Notes under the pieces: generated by a model | Told to the model about the DNA's origin: nothing | Database searches by the model: none | The model's input: the letters and a program-made list of their open reading frames with translations, nothing else | In this document: in pieces, positions 1-9,292 of the stretch | How the letters are laid out: each line of letters begins with the position of its first letter | How positions within the stretch are numbered: the stretch's first letter is position 1 | Translations under genes and position numbers: made by a program | DNA from: an uncultured Verrucomicrobiae bacterium | GTDB taxonomy: Bacteria; Verrucomicrobiota; Verrucomicrobiia; Chthoniobacterales; UBA10450 | Direction of reading: 5' to 3' | Assembly: GCA_963756875.1 (NCBI GenBank) | Contig: CAVWPA010000003.1 | Location: 704,001 to 768,000 of the forward strand | DNA length: 64,000 nt

Positions 1-1355
1 TACCAGCGATCGTCTTCGTAATCTTCTTCCGTGTGGTCGCCGCGCTTTTCGCCACTGATGACAAAATCCTGGTCGACTTTTGGCAATTCTTCGAAAGGAA
101 GATGGATGTCGATCTCCTCGCGCGCGCAGGCGCGAAGCAGGTCCTTTTGCGATTCGCCGAATTCTTCTCCTCGAAAAACGCGAACCACTCCCTGGGCGAT
201 GCTCAAACTGCGGTCCGGGATGGCCTTGTTCAGATCGATCGCAATGGTGCGGCCAAATCCGCGGCATTCCGGACAGGCGCCGAGCGGATTGTTGAAACTG
301 AAAAGGCCCGGCGTGGGCGGCCGGATATCGGTGTCGCAATGCGCGCAATGCCAGCCGGTGGAAAAGGGAAGCTGAGAGTTGTTAGTTGAGAGTTGAGAGC
401 CCTCTTGAGTGAGCGCGATGACATTTACCTTGCCTTTGCCGAATCGCAGCGCGGTCTCGAGCGCTTCGGTCAAGCGCGCGCGATTCTCTGGCGCGATCGT
501 GACGCGATCTTGAATGACCTGGACGCGCGCGCCCAATCGCAACTTCTTTGGAGCGGCGTCAGCGCGAACGATCTTGTTATCGATCCAGACGCGCAGATAG
601 CCCTGTTGCTGTAGAAAATCGAAAAAGATGCGCGGCTCTGTCTTGGCGGGAACCGAAACCCAAAACGTGATCAGCGCGGTCTGGAGAGCGCACGCGCCTC
701 GCGTGCTAACGCCAGTCCGGCTCGGACTTCCGGCGCCTTCGCCGGAAAGTTCCATAACAGGCGCCGGGGGCGCATTATTTTTTGATGAATGTGTTCGGCC
801 GGGGCGCCGAACACTGCACGCGAGGGCGCGTGCGCTCCCCGGATGCGGCTGCGTCGTTTCCGTTTCCGCTGCGTATCCGAACGAGTCAAACACCTGATCG
901 GCGATCGATTTGGCTGTTTCGGGGCGGATTTCGCGACCGCAGGTCGGACAAAAGGCGCGCGCGACTCGTGGCCACAACAGTTTCAAATAATCGTTGATCT
1001 CCGTCATCGTCCCGACGGTCGAGCGGGAACTCTTTACGGGATTCGATTGCTCGATGGCGATGGCGGGCGGAATTCCGCGGATCTCGTCTACGCGCGGCTT
1101 GTCCATGCGATCGAGGAATTGCCGCATGTACGGGCTGAACGTTTCGACGTAGCGACGTTGTCCCTCGGCGTAAACGGTCTGGAAGGCGAGGCTCGATTTT
1201 CCGCTCCCGCTTGGGCCGGTGACGACCGTCAATTTCCCCAGCGGGAGATCGACATCGATGCCTTTAAGATTGTTCTGACGCGCCCCGCGGATCTCGACGC
1301 AGGCGTCCGGGGCGACCTGGTTGACGCGATTTTTCTGAGTGACCTTCGAACCCAC
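1..1355 (-). CDS. uvrA: Excinuclease ABC subunit A, N-terminal part (runs off the left edge, so it is missing from the ORF track)
   Basis: Manual translation from GTG 1355: VEIRGARQNNLKGIDV..VVTGPSGSGKSSLAFQTVYAEGQRRYVETFSPYMRQFL..RSTVGTMTEINDYL..CPTCG..CAHC..FSFNNPLGACPECRGFG (Walker A and Zn fingers); no stop seen in this frame. Confidence 0.96.
   Translation of the reverse strand, partial: MGSKVTQKNRVNQVAPDACVEIRGARQNNLKGIDVDLPLGKLTVVTGPSGSGKSSLAFQTVYAEGQRRYVETFSPYMRQFLDRMDKPRVDEIRGIPPAIAIEQSNPVKSSRSTVGTMTEINDYLKLLWPRVARAFCPTCGREIRPETAKSIADQVFDSFGYAAETETTQPHPGSARALACSVRRPGRTHSSKNNAPPAPVMELSGEGAGSPSRTGVSTRGACALQTALITFWVSVPAKTEPRIFFDFLQQQGYLRVWIDNKIVRADAAPKKLRLGARVQVIQDRVTIAPENRARLTEALETALRFGKGKVNVIALTQEGSQLSTNNSQLPFSTGWHCAHCDTDIRPPTPGLFSFNNPLGACPECRGFGRTIAIDLNKAIPDRSLSIAQGVVRVFRGEEFGESQKDLLRACAREEIDIHLPFEELPKVDQDFVISGEKRGDHTEEDYEDDRW
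371..400. repeat. Short heptamer tandem array (AGTTGAG-type) inside uvrA
   Basis: gctgagagttgttagttgagagttgagagc; reads SQLSTNNSQ in the uvrA frame. Confidence 0.6.
681..842. repeat. ~160-bp palindromic MITE-like element inserted in frame in uvrA
   Basis: Terminal inverted repeats ggagagcgcacgcgcctcgcgtgc / gcacgcgagggcgcgtgcgctcccc; the same family occurs at 21586-21709. Confidence 0.9.
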
Positions 1356-1394
1356 TGGAAACAATCCCAGATGGCGAGGTTCTTCGCAAATTCA

Positions 1395-1479
1395 CTGTAA
1401 GACGTTTTGCTCAGCGAAACGCGGCGCTGAAGGGCCTTAACGCGCATGCGCCGCGTCGCCCGGAGGGCGACGGCTACAG
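1395..1479. repeat. Degenerate REP-like doublet (CTGTA...CTACAG ends)
   Basis: ctgtaagacgttttgctcagcgaaacg ... cgtcgcccggagggcgacggctacag, with two internal hairpins. Confidence 0.6.
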
Positions 1480-1480
1480 G

Positions 1481-1521
1481 GTCATCCCGAACGAAACGAC
1501 GTCTTCGCGACTCGGGATGAC
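1481..1521. repeat. GTCATC...GATGAC palindromic repeat
   Basis: gtcatcccga ... tcgggatgac; related to 19398-19426. Confidence 0.65.
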
Positions 1522-1526
1522 AGAGT

Positions 1527-3335
1527 TTAACCCTTGAGCCGCGCCGCGAGCTGTTCCTGTTGTTTATACAGCTCGTCGGGAACAACGCCGCCTAACGAAT
1601 CGAAAAACTTTTTGTGCTCGGCGATCTCTTTCTGCCACTCCTCGTGATCGACGCCGAGGATTTCGACGATGCATTGGTGGTCGACCTCCAGCCCGGCAAG
1701 ATCGAGATCGTGCAGACCGGGCAACCAGCCGATGGGCGATTCGACTGCGCCGCCGGATTCTTCGCAGCGATCGATGATCCACTTGAGTACGCGCAGGTTT
1801 TCGCCGAAACCGGGCCAGAGAAATTTTCCGTCGCTGCCTTTCCGGAACCAGTTCACGTTAAAAATGAGCGGCGGATGGGTCAGACGTTTTCCAATGTCCA
1901 TCCAGTGCCGGAAATAATCGCCGATGTTGTATCCGCAAAACGGCAACATCGCCATCGGATCGCGTCGCACCCGGCCCACGGCACCGGTTGCGGCGGCGGT
2001 GGTTTCCGACGCCATGGTCGCGCCCAGATAAACACCGTGCTCCCAATCGAACGCCTGAAACACGAGCGGCACCGTGTCGCTGCGGCGTCCGCCGAAAATA
2101 ATCGCGCTGATCGGCACGCCTTCGCCCTTCTCGATGGCCTGATCGAGCACGGGATTATTCCGCATTGGCGTGGTGAAGCGGCTGTTGGGATGCGCCGCTT
2201 TCTCCTTCGACGCGGGCGTCCAATCGTTGCCCTGCCAATCTTTCGCGTGCCCGGGCGGCGGACCGTCCTTGCCTTCCCACCAGGCGTCGCCGTCATCGGT
2301 GAGCGCGACGTTTGTGTAGAGCGTGTCGTGCGCGATCGATTTCATCGCGTTGGGGTTTGACTTGTAACTCGTGCCCGGCACGACGCCGAAATAGCCGTTC
2401 TCGGGATTGACCGCGTACAACCGGCCGTCGCGAATCTGCATCCAGCCGATGTCGTCGCCGATCGTCGTGACTTTCCAGCCCTTGAAATGTTCCGGGGGAA
2501 CGAGCATGGCAAAATTGGTCTTCCCGCACGCGCTCGGGAACGCGGCTGCCACGTAGTGTTTGCGGCCTTCGGGCGATTCCACACCGAGGATCAGCGTGTG
2601 CTCGGCCATCCAACCCTGTGTCCGTGCCAGATACGAACCGATACGCAACGCGAGACATTTCTTGCTCAACAAGACATTGCCGCCGTAACCCGAACCGACC
2701 GAGATAATGGCGTTGTCCTGTGGAAAGTGGCAAATGAACCGGCGCTCCGGGTCGATATCTAATAATGAGTGGACCCCGCGGTTCCATTCCGCGGCCGGGT
2801 CGTCACTGAGCCGCTCGACCGCGGCCGCGCCCATGCGCGTCATGATGCGCATGCTAAGCACGACGTAGATGGAATCGGTAATTTCGAACCCGACTTTTGC
2901 GAGCGGCGAATCGACCGGGCCCATGATGTAGGGAATGACGAACATGGTGCGGCCGCGCATCGCGCCCTTGAGCAGGCCCTGCAGCTTTGAATATGTCTCG
3001 CGCGGTTCGGACCAGTTGTTCGTGGGGCCAGCCTCTTCTTTCGTCGGTGTGCAGATGAAAGTGAATTGCTCGACGCGTGCGACATCGTTCGGATTCGAGC
3101 GATGCAAAAACGAGTGGGGAAGCTTTTCCTCGTTGAGTTTAATCAACACACTTTGGCGGCAGGCTTGTTCGAGCAGGAACTCGTTTTCGGCGTCCGAGCC
3201 GTCACACCAAAAAATATTTTCCGGCTGAGTCAGCTTCGCGACGTCGCGCACCCAATCGAGCACCGCCTGATTCGCCGGCTTTGCTGTCTCCCCTGTCCGG
3301 AAGGGAGTGGAGATGGCAGGCGCAATATTATTCAT
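1527..3335 (-). CDS. pckG: Phosphoenolpyruvate carboxykinase (GTP)
   Basis: NDVARVE, GSGYGGN, AAFPSACGKTN, GDDIGW, NPENGYFGV, AAHPNSRF, RRDPMAMLPFCGYN and NWFRK motifs; start placed at MNNIAP. Confidence 0.96.
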   Translation of the reverse strand: MNNIAPAISTPFRTGETAKPANQAVLDWVRDVAKLTQPENIFWCDGSDAENEFLLEQACRQSVLIKLNEEKLPHSFLHRSNPNDVARVEQFTFICTPTKEEAGPTNNWSEPRETYSKLQGLLKGAMRGRTMFVIPYIMGPVDSPLAKVGFEITDSIYVVLSMRIMTRMGAAAVERLSDDPAAEWNRGVHSLLDIDPERRFICHFPQDNAIISVGSGYGGNVLLSKKCLALRIGSYLARTQGWMAEHTLILGVESPEGRKHYVAAAFPSACGKTNFAMLVPPEHFKGWKVTTIGDDIGWMQIRDGRLYAVNPENGYFGVVPGTSYKSNPNAMKSIAHDTLYTNVALTDDGDAWWEGKDGPPPGHAKDWQGNDWTPASKEKAAHPNSRFTTPMRNNPVLDQAIEKGEGVPISAIIFGGRRSDTVPLVFQAFDWEHGVYLGATMASETTAAATGAVGRVRRDPMAMLPFCGYNIGDYFRHWMDIGKRLTHPPLIFNVNWFRKGSDGKFLWPGFGENLRVLKWIIDRCEESGGAVESPIGWLPGLHDLDLAGLEVDHQCIVEILGVDHEEWQKEIAEHKKFFDSLGGVVPDELYKQQEQLAARLKG

Positions 3336-3524
3336 GGTAAACGTGGCATGGGCCTCCGGCCCATGAATCATCGGCAGCCGCTTTCGCAGGACGAATTCGG
3401 CGTGCCAGGCGATGCCGATGCCACAGAGAAGCCATCTTCGCCGCATATGGCAAACTTCTCCAAGAAATTTTTCGCGGGCCTTCGAAGTCGGTTGCGCGCG
3501 GTAAACGGCAGCGTTTATTGATGC

Positions 3525-4370
3525 ATGTTCGGAGTTACCACCTCCGATGATTATCGGCCGGTTGCATGGATGGGACGTTATCCACTCGACGTCACAACGA
3601 TCCTGGTCGGGGTACACGTCGCGCTGGCCGTCGGTGCCTGCCTTCTAATTGCGCTGGGCGCCGGACCGGTACTCGGCTATCTCCAATTCGACAGCGCTGC
3701 TGTTTTGTACAGCGGCCAGATCTGGCGTCTTGCCACCTATGCATTCGTTCACGCTCCTTCGATGCTGCTTTGGTTCGCGGTCGAGATGTACATGCTGTTT
3801 GTGTTTGGCCGGGAAGTGGAACGCTTTATTGGCCAGCGGGCCTATGTCGCTCTCTACGGCATCTTGCTTTTAGCGCCCACCCTTTTGCTCACTGGCTGGG
3901 GCGTCTGGCAGCGGTCGGGTCTTGCAGGTTCGCCCGCGTTGCACTTCGGAATTTTCGTCGCCTTCGCAACGATCTATCCGCGAGCAGAACTGCTTCTTCG
4001 GATCACCGCCAAATGGGCCGCTGTTATTCTCGGAGGCATTTACACGATGCAACTGCTCGCCTACCACGCCTGGAGCGATCTGGTCGTGGTCTGGACAAGC
4101 ATCGGCGCGGCATTCCTGTTCGTGGAATTGCGCGGCGCAGGACCGGAGTTGGCATGGTGGAACAAGATGAAGGAATCTGCGCGGCCACGTCCCAAATTCC
4201 GGGTCGTGCAGAAATCAATCCCCCGCCGGGACGCGGAGCCGGACGATCTGTACGATTCGGTCGATCCGATTCTCGACAAAATTTCCAAATCCGGCATCGG
4301 GAGTCTGACTGCAAACGAGAAAAAAATTCTCGATCGCGCGCGGGACCGGCTTTTGAAGAAGGAGAAGTAA
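3525..4370 (+). CDS. Rhomboid-family membrane protein with C-terminal DUF6576-like domain (catalytic motifs degenerate)
   Basis: GQIWRLATYAFVH, multiple TM segments, C-terminal VDPILDKISKSGIGSLTANEKKIL. Confidence 0.85.
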   Translation: MFGVTTSDDYRPVAWMGRYPLDVTTILVGVHVALAVGACLLIALGAGPVLGYLQFDSAAVLYSGQIWRLATYAFVHAPSMLLWFAVEMYMLFVFGREVERFIGQRAYVALYGILLLAPTLLLTGWGVWQRSGLAGSPALHFGIFVAFATIYPRAELLLRITAKWAAVILGGIYTMQLLAYHAWSDLVVVWTSIGAAFLFVELRGAGPELAWWNKMKESARPRPKFRVVQKSIPRRDAEPDDLYDSVDPILDKISKSGIGSLTANEKKILDRARDRLLKKEK

Positions 4371-4389
4371 CGCGGGCGCGCCTGGTGGT

Positions 4390-4842
4390 TCACAACGCCC
4401 GTCGCAGTAAATCGACAAACTGGGCCGATGTTTTCGCGCGCAGGATAGCGGCGCGTATTGCGTTATCGCGCAAAAGACGCACAAAGGCGCCGACACAAAT
4501 CAAGTACTCGTTCGCCAACCGTTGCGGCACTCCGATCAGAAAAATCAGCCGGGCGCGCCGGTTTTTTCCAAACGGGATCCCCGTGTCGCTGCGCCCGATT
4601 CCGAGCACGATTTGATCGACCAGGTCGGTGCGCAAATGTGCAAACGCGATCTGGCGCTCGACCGTGCTGGCGTGGACTTCCTGGCGCGCCAGCAGTTGTT
4701 CGAGAAATTTTTCGGGGTCGTCGATTTTGCCATTTGCGCCGAGCATTTGAACGAGCTCGCGCAAGGCGCCGACCTTGGTGGGCGCCCGCAATTGCAGGGA
4801 AACCTGCTTTTCGTCGAGGAGATCGGCTGGAGCGATGGCCAT
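4390..4842 (-). CDS. PTS EIIA-type (Fru/Ntr family) protein
   Basis: LLARQEVHASTVERQIAFAHLRT (phospho-His motif region) and RLIFLIG; start at MAIAPADLL. Confidence 0.8.
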   Translation of the reverse strand: MAIAPADLLDEKQVSLQLRAPTKVGALRELVQMLGANGKIDDPEKFLEQLLARQEVHASTVERQIAFAHLRTDLVDQIVLGIGRSDTGIPFGKNRRARLIFLIGVPQRLANEYLICVGAFVRLLRDNAIRAAILRAKTSAQFVDLLRRAL

Positions 4843-4849
4843 AGGATTT

Positions 4850-4884
4850 AGTCGATAGTTGATGGTTGATAGTTGATAGTCGAA
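4850..4884. repeat. Five-copy heptamer tandem repeat (RGTYGAT)
   Basis: agtcgat agttgat ggttgat agttgat agtcgaa. Confidence 0.85.
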
Positions 4885-4890
4885 CGCGAA

Positions 4891-5697
4891 ATGCCCGATG
4901 CCATCAACTTCGCAAAGCTCTGCGAAATCGTCGCGAAGCTGCGCGCGCCAGGGGGCTGCCCCTGGGATCGCGAGCAAACCCATGAATCGCTTCTGCCCGC
5001 GCTTATCGAAGAGGCTTACGAGGTGGCCGGAGCGGTAAGACAATCGGACGACGCAAATTTTCGCGAAGAACTCGGCGATCTTCTCCTGCTCGTGGTCATG
5101 AACGCCGAAATCGCGCGCGAGTCGGGTCGATTCGATATCGACAGTGTGATTCGCGAAGTGACCGAAAAACTGGTGCGGCGCCATCCCCACGTTTTCGGCA
5201 AGAGCGATGCGCGCGACAGCGGCGCGGTCTTGAAACAATGGGAAGCGATCAAGCGAGAGGAAAAGGCGGACTCCCATTATCTTGCCAGTTTGCCGAAAGC
5301 GTTGCCGGCACTGGTCCGCGCGCAGAAAGCACAAAACAAAGTCGCGCGCGTGAACTTTGATTGGAAAAAAATCGAAGATGTTCTCGCGAAGGTGGATGAA
5401 GAGCTGGCGGAAACGAAAGACGCGATTCAATCACAAGATGGACCGTCGATCGAGGATGAGATCGGCGATTTGCTTTTCGCCGTCGTGAATTTATCCCGCA
5501 AATGCAAGATCGATTCTGAGAGCGCGTTGCAAAAGGCGACCGACAAGTTTGTCGCGCGGTTTAACCGGCTGGAAGACGAACTTCGATCGCGCGGCAAGAA
5601 GCTGGGAGATGTGGATCTGGCGGAGTTGGATGAGATCTGGGAGGAGATAAAGAAGCGGAAAACGCCGAACGTCCAACGCCCAACGCCGAATGTCTGA
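4891..5697 (+). CDS. mazG: Nucleoside triphosphate pyrophosphohydrolase MazG
   Basis: LRAPGGCPWDREQTHESL, EEAYEV, EELGDLL, KLVRRHPHVF and a second EIGDLLF domain. Confidence 0.95.
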   Translation: MPDAINFAKLCEIVAKLRAPGGCPWDREQTHESLLPALIEEAYEVAGAVRQSDDANFREELGDLLLLVVMNAEIARESGRFDIDSVIREVTEKLVRRHPHVFGKSDARDSGAVLKQWEAIKREEKADSHYLASLPKALPALVRAQKAQNKVARVNFDWKKIEDVLAKVDEELAETKDAIQSQDGPSIEDEIGDLLFAVVNLSRKCKIDSESALQKATDKFVARFNRLEDELRSRGKKLGDVDLAELDEIWEEIKKRKTPNVQRPTPNV

Positions 5698-5736
5698 ATT
5701 CAGCATTGGACGTTCCACATTGGGCGTTCGGCGTTT
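5661..5736. repeat. Inverted heptamer arrays (AACGYCS)n...(TTSGRCG)n overlapping the mazG stop
   Basis: aacgccg aacgtcc aacgccc aacgccg ... ttggacg ttccaca ttgggcg ttcggcg; same family as 22218-22320. Confidence 0.85.
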
Positions 5737-5772
5737 GCTTCTGCTCTTGCTTTGGCGATATTGCCCGTCCCC

Positions 5773-6225
5773 ATGTCGATTCTGATTAATTTCCTACTCG
5801 CGGCTTACGTGGTGGTCGCGCTGCTGATGGTCTTCGTGATCCTGATGCAGCGCCCGCGGAGTGAAGGCCTGGGTGCGGCATTTGGCGGCGGCGTGACCGA
5901 AAATATTTTCGGCGCGCAGACCACGAATGTGCTCGTGAAATTTACGGCCTGGCTGGCGGGCATCTTTTTCGCGATTACATTCGTGCTGTCGATCCTGTAT
6001 GCCCACAGAGCCACCGGCGATACCAGCACTCTGCGGCGCGAATTGCTGAAAACCGAAACTGCGCCGCAAAGTGCGCCCGCATCTCCGGGCACCCAAAATT
6101 CTCCGGCGCCTTCCGTTGTGCCATCGGCGGCTGCTCCAGCGGCCGGCGGTTCGCCGACGGGAACTGTTCCAGCGCGGCCTGTTGCTCCGGCGCCAGCCAA
6201 GGCGAAAGTGACGCCGAAGCCGTAG
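5773..6225 (+). CDS. secG: Preprotein translocase subunit SecG with Pro/Ala-rich tail
   Basis: ILMQRPRSEGLGAAFGGG..FG..VLVKFT between two TM helices. Confidence 0.92.
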   Translation: MSILINFLLAAYVVVALLMVFVILMQRPRSEGLGAAFGGGVTENIFGAQTTNVLVKFTAWLAGIFFAITFVLSILYAHRATGDTSTLRRELLKTETAPQSAPASPGTQNSPAPSVVPSAAAPAAGGSPTGTVPARPVAPAPAKAKVTPKP

Positions 6226-6235
6226 AACCGGTTGG

Positions 6236-9200
6236 TTACTCCTGTGCCGACGTTTCCGCCGCGGGGATATGGGTCTTAAATAAGACGAGCAGGGCGGGAA
6301 GGACAATCAGCACGAGCGGCAGCGCGAAAACCAGACCGGCAATAATGGCGATAGCCAGCGGCTGCTGCATCGCCGAGCCGCGACCGATCCCAAGTGCAAG
6401 GGGCGACAAAGCCAGAATTGCCGCGAACGCAGTCATGAAAATCGCGCGCATCCGATTGATCCCGGCAAGAACAAAGCGGTCGTCGGTCGGTGGAAGTTCG
6501 CGAAACTCGGAATAATAGAAAATCGCGATCTCGGTCACGATCCCGACGATCATGGTCATGCCCATGCGTGAGGTGATGTTGAATTCCGTCCCGGAGACCC
6601 ATAGCCCCAGGAAAACGCCGGCGACGGCGAACAACGGGATGAGGAGCATGGCGATTGCGACGCGGAAGCTTTCGTAAAGAAAAAGCAACAACAGAAAGAC
6701 CAGAATTAGGGCGGCGATTAAGATGATCGTGAGTCCATGAAATGCGATCTGCTGTTGTTCGTAGAGGCCGCCGAACGTGTAGAGGATGTTGCCCGGAATC
6801 ACTCCAGAGCTGGCGAGCTTCCTTTTGACGTCGCGAACCGTCGAACCCAGATCGCGACCGCTGATGCGCGCGGTCACTGCCGCCATGCGTTTCAAATCCT
6901 CACGCATGATTTCCGGCTGGCCGCTCAGCGGGATGAGTGTGGCCACGCGCTTCAGTGGAAAGAGGTGGCCGTCCGGCGCGCGCAAAAGGAGATTTTCGAT
7001 GTCGCGCATGGTTTCGCGCGCGTCGTGCGGAATCCAAACACGCACGCCGATCAACTTCGGCCCCTGTTGCACATAGGTGGTCACCCTGCCGGCAAGGAAA
7101 TCGTCGAGCGCTTTGGTGACTGCGTCGGGATCCATTCCTTCGAGCGCGACTTTGACCCGGTCGACCTGGATGTTGAGCGCATCGCCCGCCGGGACGATGC
7201 CATTTTTCACCTCAACTACGCCGTCCACTTTTGAAATGGTATCGGCAACTTTTGGCGCGAGTTTGCGCAATGTTGCCTCGTCGTCCGAAAAGAGTTTGAT
7301 TTCGATCGGTTGCGGCACACTGGTCAGGTCGCCGATCAGATCTTCCATGAGTTGCAACGTCTCGATTTGCAGACCAGGCACATGTTTTTCCACCTGCGTG
7401 CGCACGCCATCCATCACTTGTTCGATTCCGCGCCGTGGAAACGGTTTTAAGCGAACGAAAAAATCGCCGGTGTTGGCTTCGGTAATTCCGCCGCCGAGTT
7501 GAAGCCCGGTGCGGCGGGAGTAGGTCTGGACCTCCGGCGTTTTTTGCAGAATCGATTCCACCTGCCGAAGAAGGCGGTCAGTCTCGGCCAGAGAAGTGCC
7601 CGGCGGCGAGATGTAATCGAGAATGAAACCGCCTTCGTCCATCACCGGCATGAAACCGGAGCCCACATTTTTAAAGGCGACAAAACCAAGGAAGAGCAGC
7701 GGAATGATAAGGAAGAATACAAGGCGCGGCCGACGCAGCAGACGCTGCATTTTGTCGCGATAGAATTCGTGCAGACGGCGCATGGGCGCAGCGTGTTGAT
7801 CGAGTGGCGCGCCTTCGTGCTTTAGCAGGACCGCGCAGAGAATCGGCACCGCCAGCCAGGCGACCGCAAACGAGATAAGAAGACTGGACGCCATGGTCAG
7901 GGAAAGGGCCTTGAAAAACGCACCGGTTACGCCGGTAAGAAAAGCGAGCGGCGTGAAAATGATGATGGTGGCCGCAGAGGAGCCGGCGAGCGGATTAGTG
8001 AATTCACCGGCGGCACGGAGAACACGGGAGCGGGTGTCGCCTTCGATCGAACCGCGGACACGGCGGTCGATGTGTTCCACCATCACAATGGCGTCATCTA
8101 TTATGAGTCCCACCGCCGCCGCCATGCCGCCCAGCGTCATGATGTTGAAACTCATTTTCAGCACATAGAGGAGGAGGATGGTCGCCGCCAACACGGCGGG
8201 GACAGTCAGCGTCGCGATCAATGTCACTTTCCAATCCCGCAGAAATATGAACAGGACGATTGCGGCGAGAAGAACGCCGATGACGACTGCGTCGCGCGTG
8301 CTGTGTTCGGAAGTGGTGATGAGCTCGCTCTGGTCGTACCAATTCGCGGTCTTCACGCCCTCCGGAATCTGTTTTTTTATGTCGCGTAGTTTTGCCCGGA
8401 TGCCGCGCGCGATTTCCACCGTGTTACCGGATGGTTGTTGGTAGACTTGAAAAATGACCGCGTCGTGGCCATCGGCGGTCACTCGAATCCATTGCGGCTG
8501 GGACGAGTGTTCGATCGTCGCCACGTCGTCGAGCAAGACCACGCCGTCGGGGGTGGAACGCAGCACGGTGTGCTCGATTTCATCGAATTTCCGAAACCGC
8601 GTGTCGGAGACGACCAGATAAAGCTTGTCGTATTGCTCCAGACGGCCGACGGCGACGAGAACGTTCGAGCCGGAAAGCGCGCTTGCCACGTCGGCGATGG
8701 TCATCTTGAACGACTGCAATTTGTCGGGATCGATATCGACCCGGTATTCCTCAACGCGGCCGCCCTGGACGCCGACGCGCGCGACTCCCGGGACCGTGGA
8801 AAGGGCCGGACGCAGTGTGTAGAGCGCGAGGTCGCGCAACTCGACAAGCGAATGCGAATCGGATGTCAGGCTGTACGCGATGACGGGAAACACAGTCGGA
8901 TCCATGCGCTCGACTTCAAAAGAAGTGCCGGTCGGAAGGGACGGCAGAATTTTGTTCACCTCCGATTCGCATTGGAGCATGGCCGAGATCATGTTCTGAC
9001 CCCAACTAAAGTTGACGGAGATTTCCGCGGTGCCGCGGCTGGTGGTCGATCGGATGCCGCGAACGCCAGGAATAGCGCGCACCGCTTCTTCCACCGGCGT
9101 GGTTATTTCCACAACCATGCGCTCCGCGGGGCGATCGCCGGCATCGAGCGTGATCCGGACGCGAGGAAAACTAACCTGCGGGAAAAGTGCGACCGGCAGC

Positions 9201-9292
9201 GAGAAACTGGCGATCACGCCGGCGAGTGCGAGCGCGCCGAGCAAAAACAAAATCGAGCGGGCATGGCCCTGCGCCCACGCGGTCAGGCTCAT
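6236..9292 (-). CDS. RND efflux permease subunit (AcrB/CusA family)
   Basis: 1018 aa; LPVALFP, FNIMTLGGMAAAVGLIIDDAIVMVE, RMRAIFMT, MQQPLAIAIIAGL. Confidence 0.93.
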   Translation of the reverse strand: MSLTAWAQGHARSILFLLGALALAGVIASFSLPVALFPQVSFPRVRITLDAGDRPAERMVVEITTPVEEAVRAIPGVRGIRSTTSRGTAEISVNFSWGQNMISAMLQCESEVNKILPSLPTGTSFEVERMDPTVFPVIAYSLTSDSHSLVELRDLALYTLRPALSTVPGVARVGVQGGRVEEYRVDIDPDKLQSFKMTIADVASALSGSNVLVAVGRLEQYDKLYLVVSDTRFRKFDEIEHTVLRSTPDGVVLLDDVATIEHSSQPQWIRVTADGHDAVIFQVYQQPSGNTVEIARGIRAKLRDIKKQIPEGVKTANWYDQSELITTSEHSTRDAVVIGVLLAAIVLFIFLRDWKVTLIATLTVPAVLAATILLLYVLKMSFNIMTLGGMAAAVGLIIDDAIVMVEHIDRRVRGSIEGDTRSRVLRAAGEFTNPLAGSSAATIIIFTPLAFLTGVTGAFFKALSLTMASSLLISFAVAWLAVPILCAVLLKHEGAPLDQHAAPMRRLHEFYRDKMQRLLRRPRLVFFLIIPLLFLGFVAFKNVGSGFMPVMDEGGFILDYISPPGTSLAETDRLLRQVESILQKTPEVQTYSRRTGLQLGGGITEANTGDFFVRLKPFPRRGIEQVMDGVRTQVEKHVPGLQIETLQLMEDLIGDLTSVPQPIEIKLFSDDEATLRKLAPKVADTISKVDGVVEVKNGIVPAGDALNIQVDRVKVALEGMDPDAVTKALDDFLAGRVTTYVQQGPKLIGVRVWIPHDARETMRDIENLLLRAPDGHLFPLKRVATLIPLSGQPEIMREDLKRMAAVTARISGRDLGSTVRDVKRKLASSGVIPGNILYTFGGLYEQQQIAFHGLTIILIAALILVFLLLLFLYESFRVAIAMLLIPLFAVAGVFLGLWVSGTEFNITSRMGMTMIVGIVTEIAIFYYSEFRELPPTDDRFVLAGINRMRAIFMTAFAAILALSPLALGIGRGSAMQQPLAIAIIAGLVFALPLVLIVLPALLVLFKTHIPAAETSAQE

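Noticed and set aside
31..1400. Plus-strand ORFs 31-375, 33-389, 393-614, 628-897 and 789-1400
   Set aside because: They are antisense shadows of uvrA, which the ORF track missed because it has no stop inside the window
3410..3424. Sigma54-like GG-N10-GC upstream of pckG (tggcatcggcatcgc on the minus strand)
   Set aside because: The -12 element is a poor match (TCGC rather than TTGC), too weak to call
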